From NCBI GenBank assembly GCA_046754465.1, contig JBHHVU010000054.1, positions 1 to 21,329 on the forward strand: a DNA stretch of 21,329 nucleotides. The letters are read 5' to 3'. The position numbers were made by a program, and so were the translations under genes. Within the stretch, counting starts at the first letter, position 1. Every line of letters starts with the position of its first letter. Source of the DNA: Nitrospinaceae bacterium. Lineage in GTDB: Bacteria > Nitrospinota > Nitrospinia > Nitrospinales > VA-1. Positions 9,897-17,579 of this stretch are shown piece after piece. The notes below the pieces were generated by a model. It saw only the letters and a list, made by a program, of their open reading frames with translations, had not been told where the DNA came from and made no database searches.

Positions 9897-10161
9897 TTTT
9901 AACTTCCGTGCACATCAGGACATCTCAAACGAAGGCATCCGGTTCTCTCTTGAAATTTTTTCTCGAGAAAATCCCCCTCCCTTGGGAACCCGTTTGCATT
10001 GGGAGAAAAAATTCCCGGCATTCCTCCGAGGGGAATCCAGTTTCTCACCCCTGGAGTCACTTTTTCAAATGGGGGAACAAACCCGGTATCGTTCAACGGT
10101 TGTATTTTTTTTCCAATTAAGTTAACTTAGAATTATCATTAACTTTCAGGGGAATTGCACT

Positions 10162-10395
10162 GTGAATCAAAGAGAAAAACTGGTGACCCTGGCGGTTTTA
10201 CTGATGGTTTTCAGTTACGTGGCACTCATTTTCTCCATTCCCTCCAAGAAATCCGTCCATCCCGAAGTTAAGGAAGCGGAAATCATACCGGTGATGACCA
10301 GCCAGCCGGACATTCAAGACGGTTTTTTTCCGAAAGAGGAAGAAAGTTTTGAGGAAACTCTCATCACGGAAGAAACGTTAAATGAGGAGGATTGA
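10162..10395 (+). CDS. Small hypothetical protein with a single N-terminal TM and an acidic tail
   Basis: 77 aa. Hydrophobic segment LVTLAVLLMVFSYVALIFSI and an E-rich C-terminus. AGGGG upstream of the GTG. Confidence 0.6.
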   Translation: MNQREKLVTLAVLLMVFSYVALIFSIPSKKSVHPEVKEAEIIPVMTSQPDIQDGFFPKEEESFEETLITEETLNEED

Positions 10396-10560
10396 GAAAA
10401 ATTCCGGATTTGCTTTTATTTTGCCCGCAAGATTTTCCTAGCCCGCTTGACATGTTTCCTTTAAAATATTATTTATAGGAATTAAGAGGTTTCTTGTGGC
10501 AAGGTGGAACCTTGACCGAATACGGACTGGGGGGGCCGCTGATCGAGGAGAAAAGGCGAT

Positions 10561-10776
10561 ATGAAGAACTTGAACATCTCTAAAGGTTGGTTCGACGAGG
10601 ACCCACCGATCGAAAAAAAGAAGAAGTTCTGTGAACATGCGGACTCCATTACCATCGATTACGACCACGGCATAGAGCATTGCCCGTTTTGCGGGGCTTT
10701 GGGACATTACAACGCGAATATCGATACGGTGGAATGGACCTTGCCGGAATATTTGAGCCGGCAAAATTACAACTGA
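10561..10776 (+). CDS. Small hypothetical putative metal-binding protein (CxH...HCxxC...H)
   Basis: 71 aa with a GAGGAG RBS upstream. Contains FCEH and HCPFCG. Confidence 0.7.
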   Translation: MKNLNISKGWFDEDPPIEKKKKFCEHADSITIDYDHGIEHCPFCGALGHYNANIDTVEWTLPEYLSRQNYN

Positions 10777-11015
10777 AAATTCAGCGGAAAATCCCTTTCT
10801 TTTTCCTTGGGGGTTTCCCGGAACGGCGAGTCTACCCTCCAGGGAAAATCAATATCGCCTTGTTCTATATCCTTCCCTTTTTGTTTCTGTTTTGATTTCT
10901 TCCCCCTGTTTTTCTGGAACCCCTAACGGCAAACCGGCCAGCGGGGCCCGGCACCTTCTCTCTGAAACCTTTTCCTAATATTTGGGGATTCCTGAAATTT
11001 CCGGACCGGCCGGTC

Positions 11016-12278
11016 CTAACTGAGCGAATAGACCATGATTTTAAACAGAATCACGGATAAGAACGCCGTGAAGGGAATGGTGCTGAACCATGAAACCAGG
11101 ATCATTTTGATGATTGACAGGTTCAATGTGGGAAGCCCCCTTGCCAGGCCGACGCCGATCACGGACCCCACCAGCGTGTGAGTGGTGGAAATGGGCAATC
11201 CCATTTTCGAACAAATCAAGACCACGGTCGCCGCCCCAAATTCCGCGGAGAACCCGCGGGAGGGGGTGATTTCGGTTATTTTTCCCCCAACGGTGGCGAT
11301 AACTCTCGCCCCCCAAACAAACAGGCCGATCACGATGCAGCCGCCCCCCAAGCCGAGGATCCATCCCGGCATTTCCACTTTCATCTGAACGGTTCCTTCG
11401 TGGAGAATGGAGACAACGGCGGCCAGAGGCCCCACGGCGTTGGCCACATCGTTTGACCCGTGGGCGAAGGCGACATAAAAAGCCGTGATCATTTGCAGAT
11501 ATTTAAAAATATTTTCGGTGGCCTGGAATTGACCCCGCAAATCCTCCGGGGGCGGTTCCTCCTGATTTTGGATCAACCATTTAGAACCGTAAAACCCCAC
11601 CAGTCCCGCCAAGGACGAAATAAGAATGGCCGTCTGGAAGGAAAGGTCCAGATGAAGGTTTTTCAATCCCTTATACACCATCGATTGGGAGAGGATGAAT
11701 AATACCAAAAACACCAGGTAGGGAATAACTTTCTTCGCGTGATCCAGGGGACGCCGGGTTTTAAAAATCATTCGGGTGATCATGCGAAATAACAGGAACG
11801 CAACTATTCCCCCCAACGCGGGTGAAATGATCCAACTGAGAACGATGGCACCCACCTTGATCCAACTGACCGCGCCCCAGCCCCCGGCGGCCATGCCAAA
11901 CCCCACCACCGCCCCGACAATGGAATGCGTGGTGGAAACCGGCCATCCCAGATAACTGGCAATATGAAGCCATATCGCCGAGGCCACCAGGGCGGAAATC
12001 ATCCCGTAAACCAGATGCAGGGGGACGTCCTGGAAAATATTGGGGTCCAACATTCCTTTTCGGATGGTATTGGTGACATGACCGCCGACAAAAAATGCGC
12101 CGGCGAACTCAGCCGCCGCAGCCACCAGAATTGCCTGCCGGAATGTGAGGGATTTGGAGCCTATACTGGTTCCCATGGAGTTGGCAACATCGTTCGCGCC
12201 GATATTACACGCCATGTAAATACCAGCCAGAATCGCAACGATCAGCAGGAAGGTGTTCGAATCCAAAAAAGACTCCAA
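11016..12278 (-). CDS. pitA: PiT-family inorganic phosphate transporter
   Basis: GANDVANSMGT, PVSTTHSIVG, HGSNDVANAVG and PISTTHTLVG. The true start may be TTG 12266, which follows GGAG. Confidence 0.95.
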   Translation of the reverse strand: MESFLDSNTFLLIVAILAGIYMACNIGANDVANSMGTSIGSKSLTFRQAILVAAAAEFAGAFFVGGHVTNTIRKGMLDPNIFQDVPLHLVYGMISALVASAIWLHIASYLGWPVSTTHSIVGAVVGFGMAAGGWGAVSWIKVGAIVLSWIISPALGGIVAFLLFRMITRMIFKTRRPLDHAKKVIPYLVFLVLFILSQSMVYKGLKNLHLDLSFQTAILISSLAGLVGFYGSKWLIQNQEEPPPEDLRGQFQATENIFKYLQMITAFYVAFAHGSNDVANAVGPLAAVVSILHEGTVQMKVEMPGWILGLGGGCIVIGLFVWGARVIATVGGKITEITPSRGFSAEFGAATVVLICSKMGLPISTTHTLVGSVIGVGLARGLPTLNLSIIKMILVSWFSTIPFTAFLSVILFKIMVYSLS

Positions 12279-12315
12279 AAAATAAAGGAGAGCAACTAAC
12301 TTTTAAGGCAGCTGG

Positions 12316-12987
12316 TTAACGAGAGATGAATAATCGTAGAGTTTTGCCGATTTGTTCCGATTTATCCGCCACGGCGCCCAACTTTTTGATCACCTCATTC
12401 CAAAGCAACAAATCCGCCGCTTTGAGTTGGTCACCCAGCGAGAACAATTTCTGGGCCAGCAAAAATTGTTTGCGGTCCGCTTCCCATTCAGCCGTCCCAA
12501 GCATGGAAGCCCCTTTCTCGATCCGGTCCGCCTCAACTCCTCCAAAGGAGGCTTCCAGAAGGGTGTCGAGTTCGCAAATCAAATCGCAACCCTGGTTCGC
12601 CGTTTTTATAACATGGCTCACCAAATCAAGCAAAGGAATCTTGATCAGTTCCGGGGTTTCAATGTTCTTGATGCGTAACAGAACCGCGAGGTCTTCCACC
12701 GCATCCGCGATATCGTCCTGGGCGGAAAGCAGATGCATAAAGTCTCTTTTATCGACAGGCAAAAAAACGCTTTGGGGCAGGTGTTGGCGGATGTTGTCCT
12801 TGATCATATCCGCTTCGTGTTCAAACTTCATTATCATTTCGGAGATATCGGTCATGGTTTGATAATCCCGGGACCCCAGGGAGTCAAAAAGCGGTTTGAT
12901 CTGATCAATGCAGGCCCGGACCTTTTCAATATGGCTCACCAAGGGCCTGAAAGGCGACTTCGCAAACATGGAAAAAATAGATCGCAT
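12316..12987 (-). CDS. DUF47 / PhoU-like PiT accessory protein (TIGR00153)
   Basis: FAKSPF, EHEADMIK, FLPVDKRD, QDDIAD and EWEAD. Immediately upstream of PiT with a GGAGG RBS. Confidence 0.92.
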   Translation of the reverse strand: MRSIFSMFAKSPFRPLVSHIEKVRACIDQIKPLFDSLGSRDYQTMTDISEMIMKFEHEADMIKDNIRQHLPQSVFLPVDKRDFMHLLSAQDDIADAVEDLAVLLRIKNIETPELIKIPLLDLVSHVIKTANQGCDLICELDTLLEASFGGVEADRIEKGASMLGTAEWEADRKQFLLAQKLFSLGDQLKAADLLLWNEVIKKLGAVADKSEQIGKTLRLFISR

Positions 12988-13044
12988 ATTCCCTCCAAAC
13001 GGGATTCAAGGATTTTAAAAATCAATGGGATACTTATTGACCCT

Positions 13045-13073
13045 AATTTATGCCATTTTACTGGCATATGCAA
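13045..13073 (-). promoter_or_regulatory. Sigma70 promoter of DUF47-PiT with an overlapping palindrome
   Basis: Minus strand TTGCAT-N17-TAAATT. Inverted repeat TATGCCA-N6-TGGCATA at 13049-13068. Confidence 0.55.
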
Positions 13074-13117
13074 GCGTGCAGCACCGTCCTGGGCCTCTCT
13101 CAGGCACCGGGAACCGC

Positions 13118-13837
13118 CTACCCACCCATGATCCGCAGCCAGTCTTCCAACCGGCTGATCTGCAGATAGGAATTGTTTTTTCGAACCTCTCCCAGGGGCG
13201 CATTGGGTTCTCCCCCATAATTGTGGCCCGGATAAAGGATGATTTCATCCTTGATTTTTGCCAGCCGCCGGGTCAGAGTGCGAAACATCTCCTCGCTGTC
13301 TCCTCCGGGAAGATCCACCCGGCCGCATCCTTGTAAAAACAGGGTGTCCCCTGCCACCAAACTGCCGCCCACCCGGAAACACTGCGAGCCGGGCGTGTGA
13401 CCGGGGGTATGCAGGCAGGTGATTTTCAAGGAACCCACGGCGATTTCTTCCTCGCTTTCCATTTTCCGCATGTCGGACAGCGGGATTCCCGTCACCACCT
13501 TCAACCCCGGTGCCTCGTGCCGATTCACATATATGGGGACAGATTGCTTCTCCATCAGTTCCGTCAGGCCGGTGATATCCATGCCAAATATGTTTCCGCC
13601 CACGTGGTCGGGATGGTAGTGCGTGACCAGCGCTCCAGTTAATTTCATTTCGTCCTGGCCGATGCACTTGAGGATTCCGTCGATATCCCAGGCCGGGTCC
13701 ACCACAACGCATTCCCTGGTTTTTCTGTCCCCGATCAGGTAAACAAAATTGGCCATCTGCCGGGCGGAGGTGTCCGATTTTCCAATATCATATCCGCAAA
13801 GCAACTGTCTAAAATAAGGGGTATAGTGTTCCTCCAT
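13118..13837 (-). CDS. MBL-fold hydrolase, glyoxalase II / hydroxyacylglutathione hydrolase-like
   Basis: NFVYLIG, VVDPA, THYHPDHVGG, HTPGHTPG, GDTLF...GCGR and YPGHNY. ATG 13837 follows GGAG (alternative start 13849). Confidence 0.9.
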   Translation of the reverse strand: MEEHYTPYFRQLLCGYDIGKSDTSARQMANFVYLIGDRKTRECVVVDPAWDIDGILKCIGQDEMKLTGALVTHYHPDHVGGNIFGMDITGLTELMEKQSVPIYVNRHEAPGLKVVTGIPLSDMRKMESEEEIAVGSLKITCLHTPGHTPGSQCFRVGGSLVAGDTLFLQGCGRVDLPGGDSEEMFRTLTRRLAKIKDEIILYPGHNYGGEPNAPLGEVRKNNSYLQISRLEDWLRIMGG

Positions 13838-13863
13838 GGCGGCTCCCATTCAGGTTCGGAGAT

Positions 13864-14673
13864 TCAGTGCAGAGTCAACAACTTATTGATCCATTGGGCG
13901 AGGCGAATCCCGGCCCGGCTCAATCTTTCATCCATAATTTCCCGGCTCTTTCGGATATATTCCTTGTTCAGGCCGCCATTAGGGGTCCAACCCGCTTCAT
14001 AGGCATGGCCGAGAGCCAGCTTTCTGGACTCATTGGCCCAGTCCGTCACGGTGGACTGCGTCCATGCCCGAATGTCTTCCGGTGCTATCCGCCGGTCCAG
14101 ATCGCGGGCATATTGTACCAGATTTTTTCCTTTTAATTGGAGGAGACCGCCGTCCCACAAGGAATGCAGGTTGGTGGGCTGGCCCCGGAAAAATAGCCGG
14201 ATCCTGTTTCCGCCCCGATCTCTCCGGTTTCCCAGATGGAGGGGTTGGTGAACATCGGCAATGAAATGAACGAGGTATTTTAAAGCCTCCCCGCGTTTTT
14301 TACGGGAAAGCTTCGGCTTTTTCAATTCCTCCCCGAAAAAGCGGATTTTTTCGACCACACATTCATCGCCGGGACAATCCCGCCTGCGGTCGTAGGTCCA
14401 TTCGGATTCCAGGATATTGGTATAATGCCAGGGTCGCTGGGAGCGGGCATCCTTCACCCGGTCGGCCCAATTGGAAACATCCGCCAGGGTCTTTATGTTA
14501 AAATTTTCGCGGATTTTGATTCGGACCGCGGTTGAAAGGTGCCCGTCGGCAAGGTTACCCACGATGCGATGACCGGCGGGTCCCCAGGCCCAGACCTCTT
14601 TCAAGGGTAAGAGGAATATCAGGAACGCCGCTCCTAAAAATCGTATCCGGATCGCTGGACCAAAAATCTTCAT
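13864..14673 (-). CDS. Secreted S1/P1 nuclease
   Basis: Signal peptide ending VWA, then mature WGPAGH. Also WADRVK, WHY, HFIADVHQPLH, DRGGN, NLHSLWD and RLA. Confidence 0.93.
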   Translation of the reverse strand: MKIFGPAIRIRFLGAAFLIFLLPLKEVWAWGPAGHRIVGNLADGHLSTAVRIKIRENFNIKTLADVSNWADRVKDARSQRPWHYTNILESEWTYDRRRDCPGDECVVEKIRFFGEELKKPKLSRKKRGEALKYLVHFIADVHQPLHLGNRRDRGGNRIRLFFRGQPTNLHSLWDGGLLQLKGKNLVQYARDLDRRIAPEDIRAWTQSTVTDWANESRKLALGHAYEAGWTPNGGLNKEYIRKSREIMDERLSRAGIRLAQWINKLLTLH

Positions 14674-14744
14674 CGGGAGTACCCTTAGCCACGGTTGGCG
14701 GCCGGCAAAGATCCCTTTAATTTTTCAACAAAGGATTTTCTATT

Positions 14745-15503
14745 TTGAAATTCCTCGCTTCGGTATATTACACCATCCGGTTTTGGACCATCATCACGAT
14801 TTTGTCCATCGTGCTGGGAACGGTGGCGGTCCTTGCCGCGATCGTCGACCGGAGGGGCAATCTGTCCCACCATATCGCCAGCTTGTGGAGCCGGTGGCTA
14901 TGTGCGCTGAACGGGGTCCGGGTGGACCTGTCGGGCAAGGAAAACATATTGCAGGATCGGGCGCAAATTTTTGTAGCCAACCATCAAAGCTATTTTGACA
15001 TATTCGCGTTGGCCGGTTATTTGCCGGTCCAGATTCGATGGATGGCTAAATCGAGCCTGTTCCGGATTCCGTTTTTAGGATGGTCGATGAAGGCGGTGGG
15101 GTATATCCCGGTGAACCGGAAGGACAAAAAAAAGGCTTACTTGTCGTTTCTGGCAACCATTGAAACGATCAAATCGGGAAACTCCGTGGTGATCTTCCCG
15201 GAAGGCACGCGCTCGGAGGAGGGAAACATCGGCCCCTTCAAAAAGGGGAGTCACCTGCTGGCCATCCGGTCGGGCGCGCCTATGGTCCCCGTCACCTTGA
15301 TGGGAAGCGGTAAGATTCTGAAAAAGAAAAGCGTTATCGTGCGGCCGGGATCGATCCGCATCATCGTCAATCCCCCCATCTTCCCCTCACAAATCACGCC
15401 GGGGGCGGATGACATCCTGAAAACGGTCCGGGGCACAATCTTAAAGACCTACCAGGAAAATTTATCGGAAGAAGGCACGCGGAATCCCCACATCAGCCGT
15501 TGA
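14745..15503 (+). CDS. plsC: 1-acyl-sn-glycerol-3-phosphate acyltransferase
   Basis: NHQSYFD (HX4D), IFPEGTRS, FKKG and MVPV. Confidence 0.92.
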   Translation: MKFLASVYYTIRFWTIITILSIVLGTVAVLAAIVDRRGNLSHHIASLWSRWLCALNGVRVDLSGKENILQDRAQIFVANHQSYFDIFALAGYLPVQIRWMAKSSLFRIPFLGWSMKAVGYIPVNRKDKKKAYLSFLATIETIKSGNSVVIFPEGTRSEEGNIGPFKKGSHLLAIRSGAPMVPVTLMGSGKILKKKSVIVRPGSIRIIVNPPIFPSQITPGADDILKTVRGTILKTYQENLSEEGTRNPHISR

Positions 15504-15539
15504 AGGGCCAGAGGCTTTCTCCGGGGTCTTGGAAAAATT

Positions 15540-16061
15540 TTATTTCTTTTCCTTCTGGATAAATTCCCAGATTTCGCGGGGGTGATCCCGCAGGTCTTCT
15601 ATATTCCGCCAGAGGGCGCGGATCATCCCGGTTTTATCAATGACGAAGGTGGTGCGCTCGATCACCTTCACCAAGGTCCCCAGGTCATCTTCTTCCTTGA
15701 TCACCCCATAGGAATCGGTCGTTTTTTTATATTCATCCGCCAACAGGGTGAAGCCGAGCTGATAGACCTCGATAAACTGCTGGTGGGCGTTCACGCCGTT
15801 CCAACTGCAGCCCAATACCTCCACTTCCCGGGTGCGGAATTTTCGGTTCCACTCATTGAAACCTATCATAAGCCGGGTATCTTCCGGGCTGCTATCCTGG
15901 GCGTAAAACGCCAGGACCACCCATTTTTTTCCTTCGAAATCCTTCAAGCTGACGACGACTTTTTCTTCCGCGGAAGGACTGGTGGCGCCAGCTTTATAAC
16001 CGTAGACCGCGGGCAATTCAAAGGCGGGCGCACGGTCTCCTACTTCCAGTTCAGTTGCCAT
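15540..16061 (-). CDS. BCP/PrxQ-like peroxiredoxin-fold protein lacking the peroxidatic cysteine
   Basis: LEVGDRAPAF, SLKDFEGKKWVVLAFY, FTLLAD and ERTTFVIDKTG. The active-site loop reads QDSSPEDT instead of KDxTPGCT. Confidence 0.85.
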   Translation of the reverse strand: MATELEVGDRAPAFELPAVYGYKAGATSPSAEEKVVVSLKDFEGKKWVVLAFYAQDSSPEDTRLMIGFNEWNRKFRTREVEVLGCSWNGVNAHQQFIEVYQLGFTLLADEYKKTTDSYGVIKEEDDLGTLVKVIERTTFVIDKTGMIRALWRNIEDLRDHPREIWEFIQKEKK

Positions 16062-16103
16062 GGAAACCTCTCAGGGAAAATTGGATAAAGGGAATTCTCG
16101 GCC

Positions 16104-16427
16104 TCACTGTTCACCGAAGGCGGATTTCAGCAGGGGTTCGACTTCGCCCTTGGCTTCCATTTCATCCAGAATATCCGTATCTCCGAAGAATTTTCCGTTG
16201 ATGAACACCTTGGGAAGAGTCGGCCAATTGGTCATTTTGTTCAAGGTTTCCCGCTTTTCCATATCGTTCAAAACGTTGACTACCTCGAAGGGATAACCGT
16301 ACTTTTCAAAAAACTGGATGGTTTCGACGGTGAATCCGCATTGCGGGGCGCTTTTGGTTCCCTTACCATAGATTAATATTTTGTTTTTCGCGATTTCATC
16401 CTTTATGGTATCTTCAATTGAAGACAT
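16104..16427 (-). CDS. grxD: Monothiol glutaredoxin (Grx4/GrxD family), CGFT variant
   Basis: KGTKSAPQCGFT and NWPTLPKVFING. AGGAG RBS. Confidence 0.9.
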   Translation of the reverse strand: MSSIEDTIKDEIAKNKILIYGKGTKSAPQCGFTVETIQFFEKYGYPFEVVNVLNDMEKRETLNKMTNWPTLPKVFINGKFFGDTDILDEMEAKGEVEPLLKSAFGEQ

Positions 16428-16493
16428 TCGCTCACTCCTGTTATACAGAGGGTTACTGAAATTAGGTTAATAAAGAAAATGGTTTTTTATGGA

Positions 16494-16727
16494 TCAAGTT
16501 GGGACCGCGGTCTTGATTTCCACCGCGTGTATTCGGCCATCCTGCATGGCGGGGGTTAATACTTCCTGAACCGCGCGGTGCCTCGACATGAGGTCCATTT
16601 TTTCAAAATTTTTGGAGGTCACGTGAACAATAAAATGATCTTTCATCCCGGTTTTATCCAATACGTTCACTTCCGCATCAGGGATGCTATTTTTTACCAT
16701 TCCAATCAGATCCTCAATGCTGATCAT
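16494..16727 (-). CDS. bolA: BolA/IbaG family protein
   Basis: DHFIVHVTS.NF, RHRAV and IHAVEIK. Adjacent to the monothiol grx. Confidence 0.92.
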   Translation of the reverse strand: MISIEDLIGMVKNSIPDAEVNVLDKTGMKDHFIVHVTSKNFEKMDLMSRHRAVQEVLTPAMQDGRIHAVEIKTAVPT

Positions 16728-16932
16728 TCCTTTGATTTCTCCCTTAAACGTTTGAAATTGAGTTGATGTTACGTTATTGGATTCAAAATTTTTTAAAAAG
16801 ATTTAATTTTTCAATGCTGGGATGAAATCATGATACCACAAACTGGCGCCGGGGAAAATATCCAGCAACTCATTGTATTTTAAAGTTTTATTTTCACCCT
16901 AGGGCGCCCGGCCCGTGATGACTGAGACCGCA

Positions 16933-17010
16933 TTGACTCGGGATTCTTGTTTCCCTTATAATTAAAGAATCCCGATCGGGATTCCCGTTATCTAAGAAAG
17001 GTAGGGATTC
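16933..17010 (+). promoter_or_regulatory. Sigma70 promoter of iscA with a repeated palindromic operator-like motif
   Basis: TTGACT-N18-TATAAT (16933-16962). Perfect 18-bp palindrome GAATCCCGATCGGGATTC (16967-16984). Further GGGATTC copies at 16940 and 17004. Confidence 0.65.
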
Positions 17011-17041
17011 AAAAGTTTTTAATTTTTACCAGGAGGCATGC

Positions 17042-17383
17042 ATGGCCGTTGGAACGGAGTTCATAAAAATTACACCCAAGGCACGAGACGAGGTGAAACG
17101 ACTGATTCAGGCGGAGGGAAAACCTGAAATCGGACTGCGCCTGGGAGTCAAGGGGGGAGGATGCTCGGGACTGTCCTATGATCTAAAATTTACTCCTAAA
17201 GAAGAGGGAGATACCGTCTTCGATTTCCAGGGTTTCAATATCTTCATGGATGCCAAGAGCATGATCTATTTGAAGGGGATGCAACTGGATTTTCAGGATG
17301 GGTTGCAGGGCAAAGGCTTTGTGTTTTCCAACCCCAATGCCTCTTCCACCTGTGGTTGTGGTGAATCCTTTTCCATCACCTGA
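17042..17383 (+). CDS. iscA: A-type Fe-S carrier (IscA/ErpA/HesB family)
   Basis: GVKGGGCSGLSY and NPNASSTCGCGESF. AGGAGG RBS. Confidence 0.95.
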   Translation: MAVGTEFIKITPKARDEVKRLIQAEGKPEIGLRLGVKGGGCSGLSYDLKFTPKEEGDTVFDFQGFNIFMDAKSMIYLKGMQLDFQDGLQGKGFVFSNPNASSTCGCGESFSIT

Positions 17384-17421
17384 ATCCAGGTTTCATCACG
17401 CATCCGGTATTCCGGGGTCCA

Positions 17422-17512
17422 GAAAACTCCACCCAAGATAAACCGGGAAGGAGGTCTGTATCGAATCCGTGTCTTATTCGACTCCACCTCCCTTGAAAAC
17501 AGCGGAGTCTTC
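17422..17512 (-). ncRNA. Candidate structured RNA (91-nt rod with internal bubbles)
   Basis: Three nested stems on the minus strand: 12 bp, 8 bp and 6 bp. G-U pairs favour the minus strand. No family recognised. Confidence 0.3.
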
Positions 17513-17534
17513 ATTCAAAAGGTCATAATTTTTT

Positions 17535-17568
17535 AGCGCATTGGAAATTTTTCCCATTGCGCTTTTTT
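17535..17568 (+). terminator. Intrinsic terminator-like hairpin after iscA and just before ygfZ
   Basis: AGCGCA-ttggaaatttttcccat-TGCGCT followed by a T run. Confidence 0.5.
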
Positions 17569-17579
17569 ATTTCTTAACA

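Noticed and set aside
10447..10480. Promoter from TTGACA at 10447
   Set aside because: No convincing -10 at 16-18 nt spacing.
15870..15900. Selenocysteine as the explanation for the Cys-less peroxiredoxin
   Set aside because: The codon is GAT (Asp), and there is no in-frame TGA in the ORF.
17422..17512. SRP RNA or 6S RNA assignment for the rod structure
   Set aside because: It lacks the SRP GNRA tetraloop with CAGG/AGCA loop motifs and is about half the usual 6S length, so it is left unassigned.
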